IMG/VR virus record: IMGVR_UViG_3300008988_000001
DNA: 62,648 nt
Strand: one strand, 5' to 3'
Source: a virus
The translations under genes and the position numbers were made by a program. Below the pieces are notes generated by a model. It was not told where the DNA came from. It saw only the letters and a program-made list of their open reading frames with translations, and did no database searches. Below are positions 36,782 through 45,727 of this stretch, piece after piece. Numbering within the stretch: position 1 is the stretch's first letter; the number at the start of each line of letters is the position of its first letter.

Positions 36782-37798
36782 TTATTCAAGCTGATTCTGC
36801 GTTGAGACGGGCCGCATATTCATCCGGTCCCGGCGGGCATGAAGATAGCATGCGGGAGCGGCATCATTGTTTTGCTCGGCGCTCCAGCTGCCCCAGGCGG
36901 GTTCCGTCGATCTCCAATTCCGGACGATGAAGTTGTCGATCCACGAATCCTCGCCGGACACTGAGTATCCATTTATTCTATTAACACCGTTGGATGCGTT
37001 ATCGGAATACATATCGGCACCCGATTTGACAGTTGTTCCATTCACTGCAATATCAAATTTACCCGTCGCGAATACAATATTCCGGATTTCCAATACATCC
37101 CACGAAGCAAAGCTGGCGCCCGTATCGATATAAGAAGTGCCGTTATGATACTCAACTTTTTCGCTGGTGCTAATTCGTACGATTGGGCGTTTAGAACCAT
37201 TGCCGTACGATATAGGAATAAAAGCTGCTAAATCTTCCTTGTAGACGCGCATCTGCATAGCAATGTTATCAGAGGCCGCGACCGGAATCGTTGCCTGGGC
37301 GTCGCCAGAGGATGATCCTAGTATTTTTGCGCCCCTGGATCCACCGTATTTTTGTTCCGTCGATATGTGGACATGAGCCACTACCTCGGTCCATGATCCA
37401 CCTATTGTATCGCCATCGGAGCCACGCTCAAAATCATCAAAAACAATAAAGGTGTCCGCGCCGCTGGATACGGCCGGTGCGGCGGTGTTGCCGTAATACA
37501 TACAGAACGTGGTGTCAGTGGTACCGATGGCATCAAACTCGATCCAGATGGTCGCCAGCTGATTCGGGGTGGTGCCGGTGATGGACTCAATCCAGTAATC
37601 CAAAGGGGTGGTTCCATCGGCTTTTGTAAAACGGATATCATTGAAATTTGATAGGCAGAGTCCGCCGCAATCAACTTCTTCGCCGGTCGCTCCGGAGGAT
37701 TCACCAAGCAAGAGTTTCATTTGGTAATTTGTGACCGCCCCGGACGCCCGCGCCAGAGTTATTGTTTTCCTGTACAGCCACCCTTCCAGCCAATTCAT
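36782..37798 (-). CDS. DUF2341 / concanavalin-A-like lectin domain virion protein
   Basis: The N-terminus WLYRKTITL...NYQMKLLL.....DIRFTKADGTTPLDYWIES......ATIWIEF......TFCMYYGN fits the DUF2341 signature as recalled. Confidence 0.65.
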   Translation of the reverse strand: MNWLEGWLYRKTITLARASGAVTNYQMKLLLGESSGATGEEVDCGGLCLSNFNDIRFTKADGTTPLDYWIESITGTTPNQLATIWIEFDAIGTTDTTFCMYYGNTAAPAVSSGADTFIVFDDFERGSDGDTIGGSWTEVVAHVHISTEQKYGGSRGAKILGSSSGDAQATIPVAASDNIAMQMRVYKEDLAAFIPISYGNGSKRPIVRISTSEKVEYHNGTSYIDTGASFASWDVLEIRNIVFATGKFDIAVNGTTVKSGADMYSDNASNGVNRINGYSVSGEDSWIDNFIVRNWRSTEPAWGSWSAEQNNDAAPACYLHARRDRMNMRPVSTQNQLE

Positions 37799-37807
37799 GT
37801 TTGCACC

Positions 37808-38161
37808 TTAATCCGTAATCGAGTGTTTATGGCCATGGATAAATATCACATCCGCCACGCTGGCGAATGCCTTGATCACTTTTGCATTTTGCAGTAGATG
37901 ACCGGCATAGATCGGGACAAAACCTTGTTTGTAAGGGATGGTGACGATATCCTGAGCGCCGGCGTCTCCGACCTCCAGCGTTAGCACGACGTTGCCGGTA
38001 TGGACATTACAGGCCCAGAGCCATACTTCATCGTACGTTCCCGGAGTCTGCCCCGCAACGGCCGTATCAATCGTTGTGCCGGGTGAAGACGTAGCCGCAA
38101 CTTTAATCGGCATGCCGTCGGTGCTTCCGCTCAGTATTCTTTTCACTGCGGATGAACTCAT
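37808..38161 (-). CDS. Hypothetical virion protein
   Basis: 117-aa ORF in the structural array. Confidence 0.5.
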   Translation of the reverse strand: MSSSAVKRILSGSTDGMPIKVAATSSPGTTIDTAVAGQTPGTYDEVWLWACNVHTGNVVLTLEVGDAGAQDIVTIPYKQGFVPIYAGHLLQNAKVIKAFASVADVIFIHGHKHSITD

Positions 38162-38173
38162 TTTTTAGCCCCC

Positions 38174-38602
38174 TTATGTGAGTGTCAACAAGGACGCGGT
38201 GACGTCGATTGTGAATGTTTCACCGTCCGCCAGAGTGATCGAAGATCCATAATCCCAATAACCGATAAGTTTATCATCGGCACTGGTATCGTCGTAAAGG
38301 ATGACATATCGGAAAGGACCAATTCCGCCGGCCTGAGCGGTGATGACAACATCAGTCGTGCAGGCGAGAGTGTAAGTCCCCCCTGATTCTGCGGATGATG
38401 CGATTGTTGCCGCGTGCCCGCCTTCTGTGTATCCATTCGCCGCTAAAGGAGGCGGATGTTTGGTTATGGGATCGAAAACGGTATCTGAGGCTGGTGTCGG
38501 CGCGGTATTGGTCAGCGCAAATTTCAGCGTGTCGCTGCCCAGGTTATAACCGCCGTTAGCCAACTGCGACAAGAATTTGCTGAATTTGACAAAATCTGCC
38601 AT
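38174..38602 (-). CDS. Hypothetical virion protein, possibly a distant relative of paralogs A/B
   Basis: 142-aa ORF with an AAGGAGAAA RBS. LKFALTNTAPTP...GY..GG....F.Y.ILYDD....LIGYWDY....L.DGETF loosely mirrors the A/B block order. Confidence 0.55.
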   Translation of the reverse strand: MADFVKFSKFLSQLANGGYNLGSDTLKFALTNTAPTPASDTVFDPITKHPPPLAANGYTEGGHAATIASSAESGGTYTLACTTDVVITAQAGGIGPFRYVILYDDTSADDKLIGYWDYGSSITLADGETFTIDVTASLLTLT

Positions 38603-38618
38603 GGGATTTCTCCTTATG

Positions 38619-38663
38619 CAAAAAAGCCGGTTTTACGGATAAGCTTCTTCCGCAAAACCGGCC
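38619..38663 (-). terminator. Rho-independent terminator after the capsid-proximal gene trio
   Basis: Minus-strand RNA: GCCGGUUUUGCGGA-loop-UCCGUAAAACCGGC (14 bp), followed by UUUUUU. Confidence 0.75.
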
Positions 38664-38695
38664 TTTGGTAACTTAATAAAGTCCTCTGGTCCCGT

Positions 38696-39058
38696 CTATG
38701 CTTCCAGTGGTGTCTGCTTGATGTACGCGGAATCGTCAAACTCAAGCTCTACAACGGCGACTCCTGCGGCACCATTGGCCACCAGTTTGATAACGTGGTC
38801 CGTTGCTATCGCGGAGTCGGGATCAAACACCAGACCCTTATTCGTGGCATCGGGAACACCCGTTTCAACGACCAGGCCCGCGGTATCTACCGCAGTCAAT
38901 GTGTTGACGGCAGTAGTATCTCTGGACGCGATAATCGTATCGTTCGGCTCAACTGCGTTCGTCTGGTAAACTGCCCTCATGCCCTTCAACGTGCCTCTGC
39001 ACGGTACCGGAATGTACAACGTCCCATCGCTGGGAAGGATAACGAGTAAATTTCTCAT
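38696..39058 (-). CDS. Hypothetical virion protein
   Basis: 120-aa ORF with an AAGGAGATAG RBS. Confidence 0.5.
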   Translation of the reverse strand: MRNLLVILPSDGTLYIPVPCRGTLKGMRAVYQTNAVEPNDTIIASRDTTAVNTLTAVDTAGLVVETGVPDATNKGLVFDPDSAIATDHVIKLVANGAAGVAVVELEFDDSAYIKQTPLEA

Positions 39059-39114
39059 GGTCTATCTCCTTGATATTTGGTTATGGTTTATGGACGACCG
39101 ACACCGGCCTCCAA

Positions 39115-40023
39115 TTACTCAGCCGTCACTGCAAACGGGACACTCGCCGCCACGCCATTCAGACCGGTCAGAATGTTTCCGCTGGCCAATGCGAGATTGA
39201 AGGTATACCCGTCAGTTGTAGTGGCGATATTGATCGCTGTCATCATGCTGTTTCTGACGACTCTGAACAGCAGCGATTCGTCATTGATGGGTTTGGCGGT
39301 GGCGTAAATATCATTATTCTTGATTATTCCGCCGGTCGTTCCGTTCCCCGCTGCAACATGAATGCCTTCAGTCGCGTAGATATCGGAATTCTTGATCACG
39401 ACCTCATGACCGACCGTACCCTCAACGGTAATGCCTTGGGCAAAGATACCGCCGCCGATGTTGTAGTTGATATTCACGCCGTCGATGATGACACAGGCCG
39501 AATCAGTAAGTTCGATGGCTTTTGTAGATCCGCCCACTTTGGGCAGCATCAAACCGCCAAGGAACTGAAGCCCGTGGCAACCGGCGGGAATAACAAACAG
39601 GTCCGTCGCTGCGTCGTCTATGAACCCCATATTGATGAACCGGCAACCAACCTTTGCGGCTGCGATAATGTGATGACCGATGATGCGCGGGAATGGATAA
39701 ATATCAGAGCCGCACCCGATGACGTCGGTTTTTTCGGGCAGGACCGTTATATCTTCATCAATTCCGTCTCCGCACACGTAAATATAGTTCCGGCGCGCCC
39801 ACCAGCGGTTTGTCGCAGACCCGATGCTGGCGTTGCTGGCCGCTACTGCTTCCGCGAATGTCGCAAAGGGATGATCCGGAGAGCCGCCGCCCGTGGCAGC
39901 GACATTCAGATCAACATAATACTTCCCGGCCTTCGGTCCCTGATAGTCGTTGACCATCAAGAAATCGCTGATCGGCCGCGAAGCCTGATTTCCGCCTACT
40001 GTCAAAACTCTTTCTTCACTCAT
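39115..40023 (-). CDS. Right-handed beta-helix (pectate-lyase-fold-like) protein encoded just downstream of the major capsid gene
   Basis: 302-aa ORF with an AAGGAGAA RBS. Repeated short I/V-x-G/N turns (VIIDGVNINYNIGGGIFAQGITVEGTVGHEVVIKNSDIYATEGIHVAAGNGTTGGIIKNNDIYAT). Confidence 0.6.
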   Translation of the reverse strand: MSEERVLTVGGNQASRPISDFLMVNDYQGPKAGKYYVDLNVAATGGGSPDHPFATFAEAVAASNASIGSATNRWWARRNYIYVCGDGIDEDITVLPEKTDVIGCGSDIYPFPRIIGHHIIAAAKVGCRFINMGFIDDAATDLFVIPAGCHGLQFLGGLMLPKVGGSTKAIELTDSACVIIDGVNINYNIGGGIFAQGITVEGTVGHEVVIKNSDIYATEGIHVAAGNGTTGGIIKNNDIYATAKPINDESLLFRVVRNSMMTAINIATTTDGYTFNLALASGNILTGLNGVAASVPFAVTAE

Positions 40024-40088
40024 GATTGTTCTCCTTAATGGCGGGCCTCAAATTGCGCCCGCCTCGTGGTTAAGGGTTGATTTGTTGG

Positions 40089-41066
40089 TTAAACAGGCGG
40101 CGTCAGATTCGTGTGGCGAACGTGCATCTTCCGGCTCTTGCAATACAGGTTACCTCTCCAGCGCGTGTTGGCCGTGATAACGTCCGGCTGGCCCGATTCC
40201 TTCTTGGCAATCCACTCCGGAGTGGTGAAGTTGTAATCCTTGTGACTTCTCAGATCGAGGAAGTTCAGGTTCAGAGCGTCCAGGGTGCCCGCTGCATAAC
40301 CGGAATCAGCGACGATAGGCGCGCCCTTGTGGGTGATATTCTCCCATCCCGCGGCTACCATGTCGGTATTGGTGTAACGTTGCTGCGGATGGAGGGACCG
40401 CTCGTATCCGTCCTTCAGGATGGAGGTCGTGCAAATGAAATTCGGCAGCATTTCGGCGTTGTCGCCCATGTTCGGCTGTCTGAAGATTTCCTGCATGACT
40501 TCAAAGCAGATCGCCTTTGCTTCCGTGAGTACATTGGCTTTCCAGTCTGCCATGGTCGACTGCGCGATTGAACCGTACTCGGTGGCGGCCGTGGTATTGA
40601 ACAGATCACCCAGGCCGTTGATGCTGTTTGCGTCGGCGGCAGCAGCAATCACCTGAGCGGCCATGTTCGTTCGAGCCGACTTGATGATGCTCTGCATGTA
40701 CTGTTTGGTGAGTGCAACAATGGCTTCATCGCCGGTATTTTCGGTGAGGTCGTCCAGGTTCAGGGTATTGGAGCCGTAGGCACCTGCCCACCGGAAACGA
40801 GCCGCATCGATGATGTCTTTTTTGGACTGATTGATGATGGTCGTCGCTCCATACGATCCGGAATTCGATGCCGCGTATTCCAAGGGAATTTTGACCATCT
40901 TGCCGCCGTCCACGAGTTCGTGGGGCTTGACGTTCCAGTTATCCCGGACGATAGCATTGCCCATCAGTTTCCAGAGCAATGCGGAGGCTTTATTTAAAAT
41001 ATCTATCGGCTCGATATTGAGCCAGTATACGTCTGTCGTTGCGTTCAGCTGATTGATTAAACCCAT
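40089..41066 (-). CDS. Major capsid protein (HK97-fold class presumed)
   Basis: 325-aa ORF after the scaffold-like gene, with an AAAGGAGAAATA RBS. Size, position and composition are typical; called by context plus general resemblance. Confidence 0.7.
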   Translation of the reverse strand: MGLINQLNATTDVYWLNIEPIDILNKASALLWKLMGNAIVRDNWNVKPHELVDGGKMVKIPLEYAASNSGSYGATTIINQSKKDIIDAARFRWAGAYGSNTLNLDDLTENTGDEAIVALTKQYMQSIIKSARTNMAAQVIAAAADANSINGLGDLFNTTAATEYGSIAQSTMADWKANVLTEAKAICFEVMQEIFRQPNMGDNAEMLPNFICTTSILKDGYERSLHPQQRYTNTDMVAAGWENITHKGAPIVADSGYAAGTLDALNLNFLDLRSHKDYNFTTPEWIAKKESGQPDVITANTRWRGNLYCKSRKMHVRHTNLTPPV

Positions 41067-41116
41067 GATATTTCTCCTTTATCAATTAAAGGGCAACGAC
41101 ACTTATAAACGCTCAA

Positions 41117-41950
41117 TTATCCTTTGTTTAAGGATCCCATCATGGCGTTATCAAGGTCTTTGCCGGTTAGTTTTGGCGATTTTGTTGCCGCTCCGGGGCT
41201 TTGTCCCTTCGTGACCACCTTCCCCGTCGATTCCTTGCCCTGTTGCAGCGCAAGGGCTTTTTTCATTTCCGCATTTTCGGTTTCGAGAACGGTTGCTTTT
41301 GCAGCAATGTCGTCTCTTTCGATTTCTCTGAAGGCAACGAGAGGGTCAGACATTCCGGTTTTGTCTTTGGCGAGGTATTCTTTAATCCTCGTCTGCATTT
41401 CCGGAGTGTTAAACGTAGGATTGGCGTCATGAAAAGCTTTCGTCTGAGCCTTAACATCCCGCTCAGTCAATTCCTTTTTCATGAGTTCGCCGGCGGCGCT
41501 CAGCGTTTTTTCGTGCTGGGATTGCGCTGATAACTTAGTGGCCTTTTTTACGAGGTCAGCCAAGGTTTCCTGGTAATTCTCTTTCATGGGATCGAGTTTT
41601 TTAATTTGATCCTCCACCGTTGACAATTCTGTGTCGTAATCAGCGGTTTTCTTCGCCGGATCAGCCGGCTGATCTTTCTTGGTAAGTGTATCCTTCAGGG
41701 TGGTCGCCAGAGTTTCAGTCTGCTTGCGCAGTGAACCCAGCTCATTTCCCTGAGCGTCGAACTTACCTTTCAGATCCGTGTGGCCTTTGATTAAATCCGA
41801 TACGGATTTATAGGACGTTCCGGGGATAAACCCGTTTTCGTCCACCTCAACGGCGTTCGGATCGGCATCTCCCACCGCTCCGCGCTGATTCATTAAAGGT
41901 TTCAAAAGTCGCTCGATCAACATCATCACTACGTTTCCTCGTGTCTTCAT
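41117..41950 (-). CDS. Scaffolding protein candidate
   Basis: 277-aa highly charged helical ORF immediately upstream of the capsid gene. Confidence 0.55.
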   Translation of the reverse strand: MKTRGNVVMMLIERLLKPLMNQRGAVGDADPNAVEVDENGFIPGTSYKSVSDLIKGHTDLKGKFDAQGNELGSLRKQTETLATTLKDTLTKKDQPADPAKKTADYDTELSTVEDQIKKLDPMKENYQETLADLVKKATKLSAQSQHEKTLSAAGELMKKELTERDVKAQTKAFHDANPTFNTPEMQTRIKEYLAKDKTGMSDPLVAFREIERDDIAAKATVLETENAEMKKALALQQGKESTGKVVTKGQSPGAATKSPKLTGKDLDNAMMGSLNKG

Positions 41951-42040
41951 TTTCTCTCTCCATTCCTCGGCCAGTGTTTGATTTCAGGTTGTCCGGCGTG
42001 CCGGCCTGATAAGCTGGTTGTCCGATTGCTGGTAAAACAA

Positions 42041-42097
42041 ATAAAAAAGCCCGGACTCCTGGCAGACGTTTTGTCTGTTCTCCAAGAATCCGGGCTG
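42041..42097 (-). terminator. Rho-independent terminator upstream of the scaffold/capsid genes
   Basis: Minus-strand RNA: AGCCCGGAUUCUUGG...CAGAC-AAAA-GUCUG...CCAGGAGUCCGGGCU, followed by UUUUUU. Confidence 0.75.
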
Positions 42098-42136
42098 TAA
42101 AATCCCTATTGGGTTAGGTTTTAAGTCCCCGTTATT

Positions 42137-42325
42137 TTATTTAGGCGAAAAAATATTCTCCTCTGCTACACTTCTTATTTTGGCGGCTGCAATGAATCCT
42201 TGCGTCATCGAAAGTCTTACCGTTATGTCGATATTACCACTGCTTTTCTGAGAATGCAAATTAATTATTTGCTTTCTTAATGCGTCTGTGATTTTTAATA
42301 AAGGTTTTTCGAGTTTTTCGTCCAC
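42137..42325 (-). CDS. Hypothetical small protein
   Basis: 62-aa ORF. Confidence 0.4.
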   Translation of the reverse strand: MDEKLEKPLLKITDALRKQIINLHSQKSSGNIDITVRLSMTQGFIAAAKIRSVAEENIFSPK

Positions 42326-42327
42326 AT

Positions 42328-42603
42328 TTACCCCTTACACGCCAGATGATTGTCTTTCAGGTATCTATTGTACTCTGCCCGTGACTGCAATGGCGGTTCT
42401 CCGCCCTTCTGAAGAACCTTACAGGCATCAGGCAGCCATTTAACGTCATTGACAGAATCGCACTGGATTGCGCCCAGGCTCAAAACCCTCTTGGCCATCC
42501 AACCGCATTTACACCGGACGCGCTTTAATACACGATTTACTTTCACGACCTTCTCTACCACTTTCCCGCATCTGCATTGATACTCGTAAATTGGCATAAA
42601 CAA
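42328..42603 (-). CDS. FmdB-family zinc-ribbon protein
   Basis: N-terminal MPIYEYQCRCG...CKCG signature (CxxC_CxxC_SSSS type). Confidence 0.6.
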   Translation of the reverse strand: MFMPIYEYQCRCGKVVEKVVKVNRVLKRVRCKCGWMAKRVLSLGAIQCDSVNDVKWLPDACKVLQKGGEPPLQSRAEYNRYLKDNHLACKG

Positions 42604-42612
42604 ACTCCTGTG

Positions 42613-42858
42613 TCAGTTTAAGGGCCATGATAAATAGCTTTTCAGCCCTATAGTTACTGCCGCGCAATCAAGAACGCTCATTCCATAATATTGATTACTA
42701 TTTAGCGACAATTCTGTATCCGGATAGAATTTTTCCCACATATAGGCAATTCCCCTCCAGCTCTCATGTTTACACACTCGCCAGGCAATAACTCTAAGCG
42801 CTCGGAGCCACGTCATTTTTATATCCCAACCGTAATCAACATTAGGTGATTTCATCAT
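42613..42858 (-). CDS. Hypothetical small protein
   Basis: 81-aa ORF downstream of the portal gene. Confidence 0.4.
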   Translation of the reverse strand: MMKSPNVDYGWDIKMTWLRALRVIAWRVCKHESWRGIAYMWEKFYPDTELSLNSNQYYGMSVLDCAAVTIGLKSYLSWPLN

Positions 42859-42868
42859 TTACCCCCCC

Positions 42869-44809
42869 CTATTGCGCAGTAGCCGGCCGCGCAGTTTTCT
42901 TTTTGCGTTCGTTTTCCTGGGTCTGAGTGGATGACTCCAACAATAATTGCTTCAACGCGATTGCATTTTCTTCCGGGAGCCCTGCATCGATGAGTATCTG
43001 CAAGGCTTGGTCGAGTTGACTTTCGGCTGTGCGCTCAATCTCTTCCTTCCAATTGGGCCAGTTCAGCGTCTCCAGGAGCCCTCGCTGTCCAATGTATTTT
43101 CCTTCGGCCAGCTTAAACGCCAGCTCCTGCAGCTGTAGGCTTGTCCGCGGGGTTGTACTTCCGGATTCCACAACATAATTATATTTCCTTCCGGCCAGAC
43201 TCACCCCGGAAAAAAGAACCTGTTCGCCGCCGACATTTACGGAATCTTCCCGAGTGCCGAAGTTTTGTAACAGCCCGATCATCCAGCGCGCCCGCTGTTC
43301 AGCCAGGGTGTCGATGGCCGTTGTCTTCGACTGCATGAGCACCTGATTCCTCTCCTGTAGGGCGACAATAGCGCTGGCTGCGATAACTCCCGTGGGCGCT
43401 ACGCCTCTGTCGGCATCTTCAATTTGATACACGCGGTCGAACAGTTTTATAACCAGATCCAGGACGCGAAAGAATGTTTCAGGCAGGTTTGGGATGGTCA
43501 TAAATTCAATACGGGCGTTCGGCGTCGTAGGCATGAGAATCATACGGCCGACCTTCTGCAGCGACGACTCGATCATTTCCCGGGTGATCCCGCAGTGCTG
43601 CTGAATGATCAGGGGCGGCGCCATAACGTTAATCACGTAGGCGATGAGCTTCGAGATGATTTGATTGATTTTATCGATCAGGTCAGCTACCTGTTCGGCT
43701 GCTGCGAAACCCCAAACCGACACTTGATCTTTGTAGGAATTAGCATAATAACACGGCAATTTTCCCCACGGATATGTGTTCCTCGCGTACTCCGTCGATA
43801 GAGCCGGGTTGATATTCGGGTTTGCGCTGTCATCCAGCACAACATAGCCGCATTTAATCGAGGGATCTTTGGTTTTTGAAATGCTGATCTTGCGGATACC
43901 GTCGCGATAGACAGGCTCGCTTTGATCAATCACAGTAACGAGAGGTTCGCCAGTTTTCGCATCAAGAACAGACTCGCCAGTAGCTGGATCAATAACCGGT
44001 TCCGTTATCTGAACTGTTTTTTTTCTGTTGTCCCTTACCCATACTTCGATGATAATTCCCCGCTGAATGGTTTTGTTTGTCGAATTATCGGTTCGCTTGA
44101 CCACCGTCATGGGATCGGAGTAATTACCTATGGTCTGGCCGGTATAGCTCTGAGGCCTGTAATCTTCCCGGGCCGTGCCCATCAGCGTATAAGCGTCATC
44201 GGCCGCAATCTGGTTGACTTTGAAGTCGGATTCGATTTTGGAAACGAAATCAACATAGAGATAGCTGATGTACGGAGCTTCCATGGCGATGTCGTCCCAG
44301 TTCCCCGGCGCCGGCATGAACGCAAAAGGGTCTGTGACCATAATGTCCGGACGGTCAGCATCTTTGTCGAAGTATGGCTTTTCCGGCGTGATGCCGTAAA
44401 TCTCCATATTGCGCGCGGAGAAACGTGTTTTTTGCTGCTGGTTCGTGTCTTTCCACCACTTTTTCAGTGCGATTGTGAGCAGCTGCTCGGTATCATCTCC
44501 AGTGCCGTCCAGGTCAACGACTTCGCCCGTGGGGTTCCGTGCGGTAATGTTGGAGACCGTGCGCTCGACGTTGGCAAAATAGAGATTGACCGGGGACCGT
44601 GTAGCTTTTTGCTGTGTGTTCCCTTTGCGGCCGCCGGATATCTGTTTGTGCTGCTGGCCGCGGTACAGTCCGTAGTTGGCCAGGAAAGATTGAGGCTTGC
44701 CTAACCGCTCTTTTTCCTGCTGAGCAATATCAAAGAGCATGAAGGCAAATTCGGCCACGTCATCGTGTCCCTCGGGCGGGATATTGTTCAAATTCCATTG
44801 AGCATCCAT
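42869..44809 (-). CDS. Portal protein candidate
   Basis: 646-aa ORF with an AAGGAGAA RBS. Lies between the terminase and scaffold/capsid genes. Called by size and position; no motif confirmed. Confidence 0.6.
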   Translation of the reverse strand: MDAQWNLNNIPPEGHDDVAEFAFMLFDIAQQEKERLGKPQSFLANYGLYRGQQHKQISGGRKGNTQQKATRSPVNLYFANVERTVSNITARNPTGEVVDLDGTGDDTEQLLTIALKKWWKDTNQQQKTRFSARNMEIYGITPEKPYFDKDADRPDIMVTDPFAFMPAPGNWDDIAMEAPYISYLYVDFVSKIESDFKVNQIAADDAYTLMGTAREDYRPQSYTGQTIGNYSDPMTVVKRTDNSTNKTIQRGIIIEVWVRDNRKKTVQITEPVIDPATGESVLDAKTGEPLVTVIDQSEPVYRDGIRKISISKTKDPSIKCGYVVLDDSANPNINPALSTEYARNTYPWGKLPCYYANSYKDQVSVWGFAAAEQVADLIDKINQIISKLIAYVINVMAPPLIIQQHCGITREMIESSLQKVGRMILMPTTPNARIEFMTIPNLPETFFRVLDLVIKLFDRVYQIEDADRGVAPTGVIAASAIVALQERNQVLMQSKTTAIDTLAEQRARWMIGLLQNFGTREDSVNVGGEQVLFSGVSLAGRKYNYVVESGSTTPRTSLQLQELAFKLAEGKYIGQRGLLETLNWPNWKEEIERTAESQLDQALQILIDAGLPEENAIALKQLLLESSTQTQENERKKKTARPATAQ

Positions 44810-44831
44810 CGGCGTTCTCCTTTTTTGAGCA

Positions 44832-44878
44832 AAGAAAAAGGGGCAAATACGATGATTACGGCACCGTAATTGCCCCTT
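44832..44878 (-). terminator. Hairpin plus U-run upstream of the portal gene
   Basis: Minus-strand RNA: AGGGGCAA...UUGCCCCU, followed by UUUUCUUUG. Confidence 0.55.
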
Positions 44879-44946
44879 AAATCTTTGCTTTAAAATTCCC
44901 TTTCAGCCTGGCCGGGCGTTCAGGGAACCATCAAATTGTTATTTTA

Positions 44947-45360
44947 CTATCGTCTTCTCTCCCTCTTAAGTAATTTCATTTGAACTTTACTTATCGCGGA
45001 TAACATTTCATAAATCAAAGCTTTGCCGTGATTCAATTCGGACAATGAGGCTGATTCAACTACTACGTCTTTTCGTTCCAGTAGTTCTATGAGAGATTCA
45101 AACCGCGAATTAACACCATCGAGATATTGAATATCGAAGCGATAAATAAATTCCACCGAATGGACATCGCGCAGACACTGCGTTGACCCAAGAGCGACAA
45201 GCTTGCTTTGCAGATAATCTCTGTTCTTTTCGGTAATAGCTGCTGCGACATGAATAGTAAGTTTCTCTTCTCGCGTGACGGTGTGAAAATATACAGGAAT
45301 AGGCACGGTGCCCAACTTGTCTTTTTTGAATTTACTCTTCAGATATTTTATTATCCTCAT
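44947..45360 (-). CDS. Hypothetical protein
   Basis: 137-aa ORF. Confidence 0.5.
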   Translation of the reverse strand: MRIIKYLKSKFKKDKLGTVPIPVYFHTVTREEKLTIHVAAAITEKNRDYLQSKLVALGSTQCLRDVHSVEFIYRFDIQYLDGVNSRFESLIELLERKDVVVESASLSELNHGKALIYEMLSAISKVQMKLLKRERRR

Positions 45361-45542
45361 GCCCCAGCCTCTTTCATAATGTATCGGCCTCGGCCCAGGT
45401 TTTTGGCTGTTTCATAAATTTTCCCATTATGGGTAAGCGTATTAATGTTTGCGGATGTTTCGGCAATCTTGACCTTAATGCGGCCCGGGCCGATCTGCTC
45501 CAGACGTTGAACATTCACTCTTATATTCTGCTGAGGTGACAT
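45357..45542 (-). CDS. Hypothetical small protein
   Basis: The ORF is open to 45620, but a strong AAGGAGAAGGGGGAG RBS precedes the ATG at 45542 (MSPQQNIRV...). Confidence 0.4.
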   Translation of the reverse strand: MSPQQNIRVNVQRLEQIGPGRIKVKIAETSANINTLTHNGKIYETAKNLGRGRYIMKEAGA

Positions 45543-45723
45543 TTGTTTTCTCCCCCTTCTCCTTCTCGGTTGTGTGCTTTGGTTTATATTGCCGCTTGTC
45601 TTCAAAATGTCCGTGGCCATCGCAATAAAAGGAATACACGCCTGGATAGTCTTCGCTGGCGCTTACTTTTCCCCAACACGGCTCGTCTTTATTTTTACCA
45701 AATGCCCAGCAACACTCACCCAT
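45475..45723 (-). CDS. Small Cys/His-rich protein candidate; overlaps the next gene by 68 nt
   Basis: Internal start MGECCWAFGKNKDEPCWGKVS...YCDGHGH within ORF 45475..45945. The start lies 5 nt after the upstream stop. Confidence 0.3.
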   Translation of the reverse strand: MGECCWAFGKNKDEPCWGKVSASEDYPGVYSFYCDGHGHFEDKRQYKPKHTTEKEKGEKTNVTSAEYKSECSTSGADRPGPH

Positions 45724-45727
45724 TAAA

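Noticed and set aside
39070-40038. 322-aa plus-strand ORF covering the same DNA as the minus-strand beta-helix gene
   Set aside because: Its translation is Arg/Cys/Asp-rich junk with no RBS. The minus-strand ORF has an AAGGAGAA RBS, fits the co-directional array and has a coherent beta-helix-like sequence. I treat the plus-strand ORF as an antisense shadow ORF.
43922-44704. 260-aa plus-strand ORF antisense to the portal gene, plus similar antisense ORFs at 40077..40571, 42947..43801 and 46084..46662
   Set aside because: These are shadow ORFs inside long, well-supported minus-strand genes. They have no RBS and implausible composition.
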